From contig CAWCMR010000025.1 of the NCBI GenBank assembly GCA_963796685.1, positions 1,504,001 through 1,568,000 on the forward strand: DNA of 64,000 nucleotides. The letters are read 5' to 3'. Within the stretch, counting starts at the first letter, position 1. Every line of letters starts with the position of its first letter. Positions 12,560 to 22,936 of this stretch are shown piece after piece. The notes below the pieces were generated by a model. The model was not told the origin of the DNA, ran no database searches, and saw only the letters and a program-made list of their open reading frames with translations. Position numbers and translations under genes: made by a program. The stretch is from an uncultured delta proteobacterium. GTDB taxonomy: Bacteria; Myxococcota_A; Polyangia; Fen-1088.

Positions 12560-14176
12560 TTACAGCGCGAGGGCGACGGGAGCCGATGCTTTGTCGTCCA
12601 CCAGCCACGATTCGGAGAGGCTCATCACCGCGACCACGCTCGGCAGGTGGCGAACGCGGGCCCGGGCGGCCAGCTCTCGGCGCTGCAGCACCGCCGCGCC
12701 GGTCAGCAGGGCGCGGGCCAGCGAGGGCGCATCTCGGTTCTCGCTGTCGGCCAGCGCCGTGCCCTGGGTCCAGCGGTTGAGGCCGCCGATGGCCGGACCG
12801 CACCAGACTTGATAGTCGGCTTGGCGGGACTCTTCGCCTATGCGCGCCCAGCGCGAGGACATGCCGAGATACCAGCGAAAACAGAGCGCCATCCGGTGCT
12901 TTTCGTCCACGCGCCCGCGCTCGGCCTCATCGGGCTGGCGCGACATCCAGTAGCGTTCGGTCTCTTGCCAAACCTCGGCGAAGGGACGCTTGAGGATTTG
13001 GGTTTCGACCTTCTTGCGTTCGGGCGCGGGAATGGCGTCGAACGAAGGATAGGTCTTGTACAGCTCGTATAGGCGCTGGGCGCGCTGCGGGTACATGGTG
13101 CCGCGCTTGAGGACTTGCACCTTGCCTCCCATTTCGAACATGTCGGAGGCCGGGCACATGGCTACATCGGCCATGCACGCCTCGGCCAGCATCTGGCGCA
13201 CGCGCGTCGCCGTACCCGATTGTCGGCAGGCCTGATTGATCGAGCCGGTCACGATGTAATCGGCGCCCATGGCGAAGGCGGCGTGAACCGAGAGCGGCTC
13301 ACCGATGCCACCCGCGGCGCCGAGGCGAATTTCGAGGCCGCGCTCCTCGTAGCCGTGTCTCGCCACGGCCTGCTCGCGCTCGTGCAGCATCATGGGCAAG
13401 AGCACGGACAGCGGGCGGCGGTCGGTGTGGCCGCCGCTGTCGGCTTCGCAGGTCAGCTCGCCCGCCATCGGGATCAGCGCGGCCAGGGCGGCCTCGTCTT
13501 CGCTGATCTTGCCGGCGGCGACGAGCTCGGCCAGAAGCGGCGCGGGCGGCGGCGCCAAAAACTGTATCGCCACCTCGGGCCGGCTGACCTTGGCGAAGAC
13601 GTGGTGGGGCACGACGATGCGTCCGTCGGCCGCGCGATGAATGCCCTTCACGCGGTAATGGACCAGCGGCGCGGTGATGGATACGAAGGCCGCGGCCTCC
13701 ACGCGGGTCACGCCGAGCGACAGGTAGAGCTCGACGGTCGCCCACTCGAGCTTTTCGTCATAGTAGTTGTGCAAGAGGTTGATGCCGTAGGACTCGCCGC
13801 CCGGCAGTCGCGCCTGGATCTGGCGGATGGCTTGCTCGATGGCGGGCAGGGGCAGGGCACCTGCGCCGAAGAAGGACAGGAAACCGGCCTGGGCCATGTC
13901 GACGACCAGGTCGACCGAGGCGATGCCGCCTGCCATGGCGCCAGCGACGTAGGCGCAGCGCAGGTTGTGCTCCTTGCGGAACGACGTCGAGCCGAAATGC
14001 TCGATGCGAACGGCCGGAATGACGCCAGCCAAGCCTTCCAAGGTCGACGGGGCACGATCGGTCAGGACGGTGCTGCGGCCCTCCGCCACCGCATAGAGCG
14101 GGCGCTCGATATTACGCAAGGACGCGAGCATGCGGGAAGTGTCATCCGCATGCGCCTGTGAGAATTCGCGTGCCAT
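12560..14176 (-). CDS. pfaD: PfaD-family enoyl reductase (PUFA/polyketide)
   Basis: YVAGAMAGGIAS, FAKVSRPEVA, EADSGGHTD, GAAGGIG, FEMGGKVQVLKRGT, DYQVWCGPAIG; start uncertain. Confidence 0.9.
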   Translation of the reverse strand: MAREFSQAHADDTSRMLASLRNIERPLYAVAEGRSTVLTDRAPSTLEGLAGVIPAVRIEHFGSTSFRKEHNLRCAYVAGAMAGGIASVDLVVDMAQAGFLSFFGAGALPLPAIEQAIRQIQARLPGGESYGINLLHNYYDEKLEWATVELYLSLGVTRVEAAAFVSITAPLVHYRVKGIHRAADGRIVVPHHVFAKVSRPEVAIQFLAPPPAPLLAELVAAGKISEDEAALAALIPMAGELTCEADSGGHTDRRPLSVLLPMMLHEREQAVARHGYEERGLEIRLGAAGGIGEPLSVHAAFAMGADYIVTGSINQACRQSGTATRVRQMLAEACMADVAMCPASDMFEMGGKVQVLKRGTMYPQRAQRLYELYKTYPSFDAIPAPERKKVETQILKRPFAEVWQETERYWMSRQPDEAERGRVDEKHRMALCFRWYLGMSSRWARIGEESRQADYQVWCGPAIGGLNRWTQGTALADSENRDAPSLARALLTGAAVLQRRELAARARVRHLPSVVAVMSLSESWLVDDKASAPVALAL

Positions 14177-14536
14177 CGGCGCGATGCCTGCCGGGACGTG
14201 GGGACTCGTCGAGCCTCGCTCGGCGCGAACCACCGCGGGACGGTTCGGAAACCCGCCCAGGGTTTCCACGTCAACAGAATGCAAACCCGCGACAGCCGGT
14301 TCGGGCTGCGCAGGGAACGTTGTGGATTGCAATGATTTGGCCTCGTGGGTTGTCTTCGATGCCGTGTTTCGGCGATGGCGCGCTGGTGTGCAAGAAGCCG
14401 GCCATGGCAAGGCGCGAAGGAGAAGCGCGGTATAGACCCCTAAACGTGACAGGAACAGTCCTGTATGTGCTGCCAACCGCATCAAGACCGCGTAAGCGGT
14501 TGCGCACTTGTGCGGACAAGGTGCGCAGACGGTTTC

Positions 14537-14935
14537 CTAGGAACGACGCTTCCAGTCGACGATGGCTTCCAACACTGGCAGCAGGCGAGCGCGGTCGGCC
14601 GCCGGGAAACCGCGCACGATTGCGACGGCGGGATCCTCATATCCCTTGGAGGGCGGATCCGGAAGAATCCTGCGCAACAGCTCCGACGGTGCGCAGGACA
14701 AGGCTCGGGCGAGCAGCGTGAAAAGCGCCAAGCTCGGGACTTGCTGCCCGCGCTCGATCTTGCCGATGGTCGTCGTGTGCACGCCCGCGCGCTCGGCAAG
14801 GTGTTCCTGGGTGAGGTGCTGGGCCTCTCGCTCCGCGACGACAATGGCGGCCAGCCGCTCTCGAATCTGGTCTTCGAGCGCGAGCTGATTGGGGCTGGGT
14901 TGAAAGCCACCCCGCGGGACCTTGGCACGAGCCAT
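14537..14935 (-). CDS. XRE-family HTH regulator
   Basis: LTQEHLAERAGVHTTTIGKIERG. Confidence 0.85.
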   Translation of the reverse strand: MARAKVPRGGFQPSPNQLALEDQIRERLAAIVVAEREAQHLTQEHLAERAGVHTTTIGKIERGQQVPSLALFTLLARALSCAPSELLRRILPDPPSKGYEDPAVAIVRGFPAADRARLLPVLEAIVDWKRRS

Positions 14936-15053
14936 GGAGATTTCAGACTAGGAAGCGGATCGGCTTGCCACCAGAGACGATTCGCTATAGGACAATGACG
15001 ATCGGGTAGACGAGGAAGACCAACGGCGAGGTTCGTCGCCGCGGGGGGCGGCC

Positions 15054-15258
15054 ATGCACATACGAGAAATTGTGGTTCCCTTCTCCGAGGAGGAGATCGA
15101 GCGGTTGACCGAGATTGCCGCGGCAGAGGGTGGAATCCATTGCCGACTTCATCCGGGCCTATGTCTTCGGCTCCTCGCGCAGCGACCTGGCGGCGATGGT
15201 CGCGCGCCTCGAAGGCGAGCGCATCCGGGCGCGCGGAAGAGGCTGGGAAGGGGAGTGA
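15054..15258 (+). CDS. Small ribbon-helix-helix-like protein; frameshift near 15130
   Basis: MHIREIVVPFSEEEIERLTEIAAAEG joins ESIADFIRAYVFG...GE* after adding one G in GAGGG. Confidence 0.5.
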
Positions 15259-16612
15259 GGCGGCTCAAGTGGCCGCTGCCCTGTCCTCGGTCTGGAGCTT
15301 CCGATTCGGCGCTTTGCCTACGGAAGGGCGCCAGCCACGCGATGACGACGGGTGGCACGGACGCCGCAAGGACGAACGCGAAGAACATCGGGTAGTGCAG
15401 CGCGGTCTGGATGCGGCCGCTGACCATTCCGGTCAACATCATGTTCAGGGCCATGATGCCCGTGGCAAAAGCATAGTGGGCCGTGCGGTAGCGGCCGGGC
15501 GACAGCTCTTGCATCATGTACAGCATCATGCCGACGGTGCCGAGGCCGTAACCGAATTTCTCGATGAGCACCACACCCCCTATCCAGGTCAGGTTCGTGG
15601 GCATGGCGTGGCTCAGGTAAAAATAGGTGATGTGCGGGATATTGAGCGCGAAGGCCAGGACCACGAAGATGCGGCGAAGGGTGAATTTGGCCGCCAGCAG
15701 TCCGCCCAGCAGGGTTCCGGCCACGAAGACCACGGTGCCGATGGCGTTGATGTGGCCAAGCACCATGTTGTCGAGCCCGAGCCCCCCGTCGCTGCGCCTG
15801 TCCATGAGGAAGAGCGGCCCGATCTTTTCGATGAAGCCCTCGGCGAAACGGTAGAAGAAGACCGCCGTGATCATCATCCAGATGCGCGGTTTCTTGAAGA
15901 AGCTGGCCCAAGCGTCGCCGGTGGTGCGCAAGGCCTCTGCCACGTTCGTCGCGGCGTCGGGCGCTTTCGCACCGGGCGGCAGCAGGTAGGAATGCCATAG
16001 AAAGGCCGCGCCCAGGATGGCCGCGATGAACAGCATCACGATCATCCACGCCGTGAACCAGGCGGGGTTCGGACCCGTGGCGGGCGCGGGCTTGCCCGCT
16101 GCGGCCCAGTCGAACAGGATTTTGGTCAGGCTGACGAGCGATCCGGAGACGAGCACGCGGCCGAGGTTCCACGCCGCGCCCTGTACGCCGATGTACAGCG
16201 CCTGCTCCTTGTCCGTCGAGGAGGTCAGGTAGACGCCGTCGCCAGCGATGTCCTGGGTCGCCGAGGCGAAGCCGACGATCCAGAACAGCGCGATGGTCAG
16301 CGGCAGGTAGGACGGCAACTTCAAGGCGAAGGCCAGGCACGCGAAGGTGACCACCATGACGGCCTCCATGGCGAGCACGAAGAACTTCTTGTTGCGAAAC
16401 AGCTCCACCAGGGGCGCCCACAGCGGTTTCACCACCCAGGGCAGGTACATCGCGCCCGTGTAGGCCGCGATGTCGGTGTTGCTGAGGCCAAGGTTCTTGT
16501 ACATGATGGCCGCCACCACCGAGACGGCGATCATGGGCGTGCCCATGGCAAAGTAGAGGCTGGGAACCCAGAGCAGCGGATGGGCGCGTTTTCCCTCGGG
16601 TGGCATGGGCAT
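15149..16612 (-). CDS. AmpG-like MFS transporter
   Basis: LPWVVKPLWAP, SATQDIAGDG, many TM helices; the low-complexity tail may be readthrough. Confidence 0.85.
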   Translation of the reverse strand: MPMPPEGKRAHPLLWVPSLYFAMGTPMIAVSVVAAIMYKNLGLSNTDIAAYTGAMYLPWVVKPLWAPLVELFRNKKFFVLAMEAVMVVTFACLAFALKLPSYLPLTIALFWIVGFASATQDIAGDGVYLTSSTDKEQALYIGVQGAAWNLGRVLVSGSLVSLTKILFDWAAAGKPAPATGPNPAWFTAWMIVMLFIAAILGAAFLWHSYLLPPGAKAPDAATNVAEALRTTGDAWASFFKKPRIWMMITAVFFYRFAEGFIEKIGPLFLMDRRSDGGLGLDNMVLGHINAIGTVVFVAGTLLGGLLAAKFTLRRIFVVLAFALNIPHITYFYLSHAMPTNLTWIGGVVLIEKFGYGLGTVGMMLYMMQELSPGRYRTAHYAFATGIMALNMMLTGMVSGRIQTALHYPMFFAFVLAASVPPVVIAWLAPFRRQSAESEAPDRGQGSGHLSRLTPLPSLFRAPGCARLRGARPSPPGRCARSRRHRPG

Positions 16613-16690
16613 GGTGTCGGATACGTCTATCAGAAGTCCGGCCACGGCGCGTATTCCATGGCGCGCGGCGATCGATTAGGCTCCAGCGCC

Positions 16691-17149
16691 ATGAGCAACG
16701 AGGATGCTGCCGCCGAGCTGTTCAAATCCTGCAACTGCGCCCAGGCGGTGCTTGGTGCCTTGGGACCGTCCGCCGGGTTGGACGCGAGCGAGTGCTTTCG
16801 CGTCGCCGCGGCTTTCGGTAGCGGCATGGCGCGCATGGGCGTCACGTGTGGAGCGGTGACCGGCGCCATGATGGTGCTGGGCCTGCGCCACGGCGACCGC
16901 CGCATCGAGGAGCCGGGAGCGCGTGCGGCGTTCTACGCCAAGGTGCAGGACTTTGCCGCGCGTTTCACGCGCCGACACGGATCCACCCTCTGTCGCGATC
17001 TGATCCGCTGCGATCTCTCGACGCCCGAGGGACAGAAGGCATTCCACGAGCAGGACATGCACCAGACGATCTGCACGGGCCTCGTGCGCAGCGCGGTGGA
17101 TATCCTGGACGCCATGGAAAGCGAAGCCTCACCCCCGCCCAGAGCCTGA
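16691..17149 (+). CDS. C_GCAxxG_C_C family putative redox protein
   Basis: NCAQAV, TCGAVTGA, LCRDL, C-terminal Cys. Confidence 0.85.
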   Translation: MSNEDAAAELFKSCNCAQAVLGALGPSAGLDASECFRVAAAFGSGMARMGVTCGAVTGAMMVLGLRHGDRRIEEPGARAAFYAKVQDFAARFTRRHGSTLCRDLIRCDLSTPEGQKAFHEQDMHQTICTGLVRSAVDILDAMESEASPPPRA

Positions 17150-17163
17150 TATAGAGACCTTTC

Positions 17164-17877
17164 ATGACTCAAAAGACGGTTGCGCTCATCACGGGTGCGA
17201 ACAAGGGACTTGGGCTCGAGATCGCCCGACAGCTCGGCCAGAAGGGATGGGTCGTGGTGCTCGGCGCGCGCGACGAGGCCAAGGGCGCGGCGGCCGCCAC
17301 CGAGCTGCGCACGCAGGGCATCGAGGCCCACGCTTTGAAGCTTGACGTGACCAAGAGCGAGGACGTGGCCAACCTCCCCGCATTCTTCCAAGAGAAGCTC
17401 GGTCGCCTCGACGTCTTGGTAAACAACGCCGGCGTGTCCGGGGGGCGCGCCGACGACCTGGATACCTTGCGCCGCACGTTCGAGACCAATCTCTTTGGCG
17501 CCGTGGCGGTGACCTACGCGCTCTTGCCGCTGCTCTTGGCCAGCCCGGCCGGCCGCATCGTCAACCATTCCAGTGTGCTCGGCTCGCTGACTTCGCTGCA
17601 GAAGAAGCCCGAAGCGTTCGGCAACTCCGTGACCGCATCGTACACGGCGTCCAAGGCCGCCCTGAACGGCTTCACCGTGGCGCTTGCCCACAAGACGCGC
17701 GGAACCGCGCTCAAGGTCAACTCCGCCCATCCCGGTTGGGTGCGCACCGACATGGGGGGACCCAAGGCCCCCATGAGCATCGTCGACGGCGCCCGGACCG
17801 CCGTTACCCTGGCGACGTTGCCCGCCGATGGGCCATCGGGGCAGTTCTTCCACCTGGGCGAACCGCTGCCCTGGTAG
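17164..17877 (+). CDS. Short-chain dehydrogenase/reductase
   Basis: TGANKGLG, NNAG, YTASK, HPGWVRTDMGG. Confidence 0.92.
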   Translation: MTQKTVALITGANKGLGLEIARQLGQKGWVVVLGARDEAKGAAAATELRTQGIEAHALKLDVTKSEDVANLPAFFQEKLGRLDVLVNNAGVSGGRADDLDTLRRTFETNLFGAVAVTYALLPLLLASPAGRIVNHSSVLGSLTSLQKKPEAFGNSVTASYTASKAALNGFTVALAHKTRGTALKVNSAHPGWVRTDMGGPKAPMSIVDGARTAVTLATLPADGPSGQFFHLGEPLPW

Positions 17878-17907
17878 CGGCGTCGCCGAAGACGCCATTC
17901 CTCGCGA

Positions 17908-18777
17908 TCAGGACCCGCAGATCAGGGCCAGAACCAGCGTGTCGAGGCCGTTTGATTGGCAGGTGTCGCTCGGGCAATTGCTCGATAGGCACATGTTCGC
18001 GGTCGTGCACGCGGCGCCGTTTTCGCCCTTGGCCGCGCACTGGTTGGTCCCTGCTGCGCAGTAGTTGCCGTCCAAACATTGCTCGTCATCACCGCTCGGG
18101 CAGGGGTTGCCGGCCGCGACCTTGGCGGCGCACTTGTCCGCGCCGGGGTCGCAGAAGGCCGACCTGACGCAGTCTGGTGTGTAACCGCAGCTCGCACCCA
18201 CCACGGCCAGCGCGGTGCAGGTATTGGACTTGCATTGGACGCCGTCGGACGTGTTGCACACCACGATGCGCGGGGCCACATCCGTGGCGTCGGTCGATGA
18301 CGAGGAAAGAAAGAGGTTGCCGTCTTGGGTACCATCACAGGCATCTCCAACCTTGCCCGGCACCTGAACCTGGCACTTTTGGATGAACGCGCTGTTTACG
18401 TACACGCTCGCGCACGCGACCTTGCCATCGCTCGACGGGGCGCAGTCGCTATCGGCGACGCAGACATCGCCAGGTTTCTTGCTGCCCACGCTGCCCGAGA
18501 CGGAATCGCAGGCCGGCGAGCCCAGATTGGTGCAGAAGGTGCCCCCGGCAACCTCGGATTTCATTTCCGCCAGGCACGCATCGCCAGCCTGGGAATTGTA
18601 GGACCCGCCCGACATCATCAGATGGCACATATTGCCATTGCTGGGCAGGCCGGCCTGGCCACAGCACTTGGCGATTTCTGCGCAGAAGCTGTCGGCGAAT
18701 TTCTCGGCGCCGCTCTTGCCACATCCTGGCGAGAACAGGGCGGCCAAGCCTACGAGCACAGGGAACGATGGTTTCAT
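17908..18777 (-). CDS. Cys-rich lipoprotein
   Basis: Lipobox-like SPGC, many regularly spaced Cys. Confidence 0.7.
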   Translation of the reverse strand: MKPSFPVLVGLAALFSPGCGKSGAEKFADSFCAEIAKCCGQAGLPSNGNMCHLMMSGGSYNSQAGDACLAEMKSEVAGGTFCTNLGSPACDSVSGSVGSKKPGDVCVADSDCAPSSDGKVACASVYVNSAFIQKCQVQVPGKVGDACDGTQDGNLFLSSSSTDATDVAPRIVVCNTSDGVQCKSNTCTALAVVGASCGYTPDCVRSAFCDPGADKCAAKVAAGNPCPSGDDEQCLDGNYCAAGTNQCAAKGENGAACTTANMCLSSNCPSDTCQSNGLDTLVLALICGS

Positions 18778-18807
18778 GGGATCCTTTCTGTACCGCGCGA
18801 CACTACA

Positions 18808-21552
18808 CTACTTTCTCTTGGCCAAATCCCCGGCGCGCACCTTGGCCAGCTTCTCGGGGTCGATGAATTGCCTGACCGCCGCGTTGACGTCGGCGACGGT
18901 CAGCTTCTCGATCTTGTCGTTGAGAGCCTTCCAGTAGGCGAACGTACGGCCAAGGTAGAGGCCCTGGTTGAGCTCGCCTATCACGAAGTCGTCCTCCGCG
19001 ATGCGACTTTGCCAAACCTTGGCGTAGCTCTTCTTGGCCTCGGCCAGCTCCTTCTCGCTTACGCCGGACTTCACCATGCCGTCGATCTCGGCGAGCAGTC
19101 CGGTCATCGCCCGGTCCATGTTGGCGGGCGCGGCGATGGCGCCGGCGAAGAAGAAACCGCTCTTGTCGATGGGGTGGGCCAGCATCTGCGAGAACGCGCC
19201 GTACGAGATCCCTTCCTTCTGGCGCAAGCGTAGGAACAGGCGCGAGGTCGGGCTGCCACCCAGCATGTAATTGAAGAGGGTAAGCGCCGGGTACGCCGGA
19301 TCGTCGTCGCGCGCCGCGAACGCCTGGCCAGCGGCGACGAAGGCCATTTCCTTGTCCGGTGTGTTGATGGTGTCGTCGGTGGGCTTGGTAGCGTGGAAGG
19401 GCAGCGGGATGCGCTGGTACGGCCTCGGCGACTTCCACGTGGCGATGGCCTTCGTGAGGTCGGCCTTCACCGCGGCCGGGTCGAAATCGCCGACCACCGA
19501 AAGCTGGGCCGCGCTCGAACCCCACAGGCGCCTGTGCAGCGATGCCAATTCCGTGGCGCTGACCTTGCGCAGCCGCTCGATGTCCTCCTTGACCGTGGGC
19601 GTGTAACGGACGTCGTCGGATGGGAAGGGCAAGAGCTGCTGCATGAGCGCGACGCTGGCGTTGGCGATGGGATCGGAGAGCTGCTCTTCCATCTTGGCCA
19701 GCATCTCGGCGCGCAGGGATTCGAAGTCCTTCTTGGCAAAGGCCGGCTCGCGCAGCATCTCGCCCAGCAGCGCGATGACGGCGGGCAGATTCTCGCGCAC
19801 CGTCTTGACGTGGACCTGGGCCACGTTGACGGTGCTCGGCGAGCCGTGACCGTGACCGAAAGTAACCTCGGCCTTGAGCAGGTCGAGCTTGTCCTTGAGC
19901 TGCTCGAAGCTGAGCTTGCGCGTCCCGCGCAGCAGCATTTCGGGCAGCATGTCGGCCGCCGCGACCTTGCCCTTGAGGTCGGCCGCGCCGCCGTAGCGCA
20001 CGGTCATGGCCAGCCGTACCTCGCCGCCCTTGGTCTTCTTGGGCAGCATCGCCAGCTGGAGACCGCCGGGAAGATCCTGGCGGGTTGTCCGCGCTTCGAT
20101 GTTGTCGACCGTGGCCACGAAGGCCTCGCCGGACTGCGACGGGGGCGCGCCTTTGTAGTCCTTGAGCATGGCAGCCACGTCGGGCACGGGCGGCAAGGGC
20201 GCCCGGTCCGGCTCCTTGGTCGGTTGGAAGAGGCCGAGGGTGCGGTTCGACGACTTGAGATAGGCCTTGGCCACGCGGGTGATGTCCTCGGCGGTGGTGG
20301 TTTTCACCCGGTCGCGCGTGAGGAAGAGCAGCCGCCAGTCGCCCATGGCCGCGAATTCGGACAGCACGACGCCGGCCTTGGCCGTTTCGGTCATGATGAG
20401 GTCGAACTCGCGGAAGAAGCCGGCGCGCCAGCGGTCTATTTCTTCCTTGGTGATGGTCGACGAGCCGAGCGACTCGGTGATGCCGGTCATGATGTCGCGA
20501 ACATCCTTGGCCGATGCGCCCTTGGCCACCTTGGCCGAGAACAGCATCACCCCCGGCTCGGCCATGGGATACGCGACGCCGCTGACCTCGCTGGCGATGC
20601 CCTTTTCGACGAGCGCCTTGTACAGGCGCCCGCTCGGTTTGTTGGTCAGGATGTCGACGATGGCATCTTCCGCCACCTTGTCGGGATCGGCCCCGGCCAC
20701 GCCATGGTAGGCCAGCTCGACGATGGCCACGTCGCCGTTTCTGCGCACGGTGACCTGTCGCTCGCCGTCCTGCACCGGCTCGACCGTCCAGGTCGGCGCC
20801 AGCTTGCGTGTCGGCCGCGGGATGGCGCCGAAGTACTTGGCCACCAGATCCAGGGCGTGCTTGTCGTCGAACTTGCCCGCGACGATCAGGATGGCGTTGT
20901 CGGGTTGGTAGTAGCGCTTGTAGAAGGCGCGCAGGTTCTCCGCAGGCACACGCTCGATGTCGCTGCGCGAGCCGATGGTGGCCTTGCCGTAGTTGTGCCA
21001 GCGGTAGGCCGTGGCCAAAACCTCGTCTTCCAGCACGATGTCGGGCTGGTTCTCGGACTTCTCGAGCTCGTTGCGCACGACCGAAAATTCCTTGGCCAGA
21101 TCCGAGGCCGCGATCTTGCTGTTGACCATGCGGTCCGCCTCCAGCCCCAGGGCGAAGTCCAGGTTCCCTGCGCTGGCGGGAAGCTCCTCGAAGTAGTTGG
21201 TGCGATCCCACCACGTCGTGCCGTTGAAGCTCGCGCCGTGATCCTGCAGCAGCTTCCACACGTCGGGATGGCTGGGCGTGCCCTTGAACATCATGTGCTC
21301 GAGAAGGTGCGCCATGCCGGTCTCGCCGTAGCCTTCGAGGCGCGAGCCGACGAGGTAGGTGATGTTGACGAGCACCGTGGGTTTGCTCTGATCCGGATAG
21401 AGGAGGACACGCAGTCCGTTGTCGAGGTGGTATTCGGTGATGCCTTCGACCGTGGTCACCTTGGTCAGGCGGGAGGGCGCGGACTCCGCCGCCAAGGCGG
21501 CCGTCGTGGAAAGGCAAAACGACAAGAGCGCGAGGCCAGGAAGTGAACGCAT
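18808..21552 (-). CDS. M16 (pitrilysin-family) zinc peptidase
   Basis: HLLEH inverted zinc motif, signal peptide, RQKEGISYG. Confidence 0.92.
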   Translation of the reverse strand: MRSLPGLALLSFCLSTTAALAAESAPSRLTKVTTVEGITEYHLDNGLRVLLYPDQSKPTVLVNITYLVGSRLEGYGETGMAHLLEHMMFKGTPSHPDVWKLLQDHGASFNGTTWWDRTNYFEELPASAGNLDFALGLEADRMVNSKIAASDLAKEFSVVRNELEKSENQPDIVLEDEVLATAYRWHNYGKATIGSRSDIERVPAENLRAFYKRYYQPDNAILIVAGKFDDKHALDLVAKYFGAIPRPTRKLAPTWTVEPVQDGERQVTVRRNGDVAIVELAYHGVAGADPDKVAEDAIVDILTNKPSGRLYKALVEKGIASEVSGVAYPMAEPGVMLFSAKVAKGASAKDVRDIMTGITESLGSSTITKEEIDRWRAGFFREFDLIMTETAKAGVVLSEFAAMGDWRLLFLTRDRVKTTTAEDITRVAKAYLKSSNRTLGLFQPTKEPDRAPLPPVPDVAAMLKDYKGAPPSQSGEAFVATVDNIEARTTRQDLPGGLQLAMLPKKTKGGEVRLAMTVRYGGAADLKGKVAAADMLPEMLLRGTRKLSFEQLKDKLDLLKAEVTFGHGHGSPSTVNVAQVHVKTVRENLPAVIALLGEMLREPAFAKKDFESLRAEMLAKMEEQLSDPIANASVALMQQLLPFPSDDVRYTPTVKEDIERLRKVSATELASLHRRLWGSSAAQLSVVGDFDPAAVKADLTKAIATWKSPRPYQRIPLPFHATKPTDDTINTPDKEMAFVAAGQAFAARDDDPAYPALTLFNYMLGGSPTSRLFLRLRQKEGISYGAFSQMLAHPIDKSGFFFAGAIAAPANMDRAMTGLLAEIDGMVKSGVSEKELAEAKKSYAKVWQSRIAEDDFVIGELNQGLYLGRTFAYWKALNDKIEKLTVADVNAAVRQFIDPEKLAKVRAGDLAKRK

Positions 21553-21641
21553 GCTTTTCTCCTGGCCGGGACCATAACCCGGGCCGAAAAAAAGCGCTCG
21601 GAAAGCGCTCGGCCAAGCCAGGAGCCGAGCTTGTGGTGCTG

Positions 21642-21821
21642 CTAGCCCGAGAAGAATCGTTCGGAAAGCAACCGGCCGGCACCCAGCATGGCGATGGCCA
21701 GGCCCGCCGCGGCGAGCAGCGCGCCCAAGAGATCCACCGGCCGGCGCATGCCGGTGGCCAGCAGCACGCCCCACACGCACGCGGCGAGACCTAGCACGAC
21801 GAGGAACACGGCAAGGACCAT
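21642..21821 (-). CDS. Small two-TM membrane protein
   Basis: MVLAVFLVVLGLAAC... hydrophobic, 59 aa. Confidence 0.5.
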   Translation of the reverse strand: MVLAVFLVVLGLAACVWGVLLATGMRRPVDLLGALLAAAGLAIAMLGAGRLLSERFFSG

Positions 21822-21857
21822 GGACTTGCGGCGGGATTCTTGATGTAAAGTCGCGCG

Positions 21858-22925
21858 ATGTCCACATCCGAAGCATTCGCTCTGATTCTCGCCGGCGGGG
21901 GCGGCACGCGCCTGTGGCCGTCCTCGCGGCGCAGCCGGCCCAAGCAGCTTCTGGCACTGGGGGGCAACGAGTCCCTGCTGGCCGGCACCTTCGGCCGGGT
22001 CAGCCGCGTCCTCGGCGTCGAACGTACGCTCATCGTCACGGCTGCGGATCAGGCCGAGGCGGTTCGCCGCGCCCTCCCCGAATTGCCCGCCGACAACCTG
22101 GTGGTCGAGCCGGCCGCGCGCAACACCGGACCGGCGGTCGGCCTGGGCGCGGTGACGGTGGCGCGCAGGGCGGGCGAGGGCGCGTGTCTGGCCATCTTGC
22201 CTTCGGACGCGTTCATCGCGAACGAGGCGGAGTTCGCGCGGGTCATGGGGACGGCGCTCGACCACGCTGGCGAAACCATCGTCACCATCGGCATCCAGCC
22301 AACCCGTCCCGAGACCGGCTACGGCTACCTCCAGCGCGGCGCCCTGGTGCGCGGCGGGGTCTTCGAGGTGGCCCGATTCGTGGAAAAGCCGGATCTGGCC
22401 ACGGCCGCGCGCTATCTCGGCGCCGGCGACTACCTGTGGAACTCGGGGATGTTCTTCTTCACCGCGGGACGCCTCTTCGACGAGGCCAAGCGGCACATGC
22501 CCGATCTGGCGGCCATCCTGGACGAGATTCGCCACAGCAGCGATCCGGCGGCCACCGCCGACGCTCGCTATCCGGCCGCCCCTAAGATCTCCATCGATTA
22601 CGGCATCATGGAGAAGGCCAGTGGCATTCGCGTGGTGCCCGGCAACTTCGGCTGGAACGACGTGGGCAGCTGGTCCGCCCTGTCGGACATTCGCGACAAA
22701 GACAAGGCTGGCAACGTGGTTTCCGGCGATGTAATCCTTAGCGCCGTGTCGGGCAGCGTGGTGGTGAGCGAACCGGGCGCACCGCTGGTGGGCGTCGTGG
22801 GCGTCGACGACCTGGTGGTCGTGGCGACCAAGGATGCCGTGCTGGTGGTGAGGAAGGATCGGGCACAGGAGGTGCGGGCCGTGGTGGACGCGCTTTCGGC
22901 AAGCAAACGCAACGAGCTTCTATAG
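21858..22925 (+). CDS. manC: Mannose-1-phosphate guanylyltransferase
   Basis: LAGGGGTRLWPSSR..PKQ, ETGYGY, FVEKP, WNSGMF, SIDYGIMEK, WNDVGSW. Confidence 0.9.
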   Translation: MSTSEAFALILAGGGGTRLWPSSRRSRPKQLLALGGNESLLAGTFGRVSRVLGVERTLIVTAADQAEAVRRALPELPADNLVVEPAARNTGPAVGLGAVTVARRAGEGACLAILPSDAFIANEAEFARVMGTALDHAGETIVTIGIQPTRPETGYGYLQRGALVRGGVFEVARFVEKPDLATAARYLGAGDYLWNSGMFFFTAGRLFDEAKRHMPDLAAILDEIRHSSDPAATADARYPAAPKISIDYGIMEKASGIRVVPGNFGWNDVGSWSALSDIRDKDKAGNVVSGDVILSAVSGSVVVSEPGAPLVGVVGVDDLVVVATKDAVLVVRKDRAQEVRAVVDALSASKRNELL

Positions 22926-22936
22926 GTGACAAGGAA

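Noticed and set aside
19393-21546. Long antisense ORFs (also 22598-24505, 10483-12030, 28780-30225 and similar)
   Set aside because: Shadow frames of well-supported genes in high-GC DNA.
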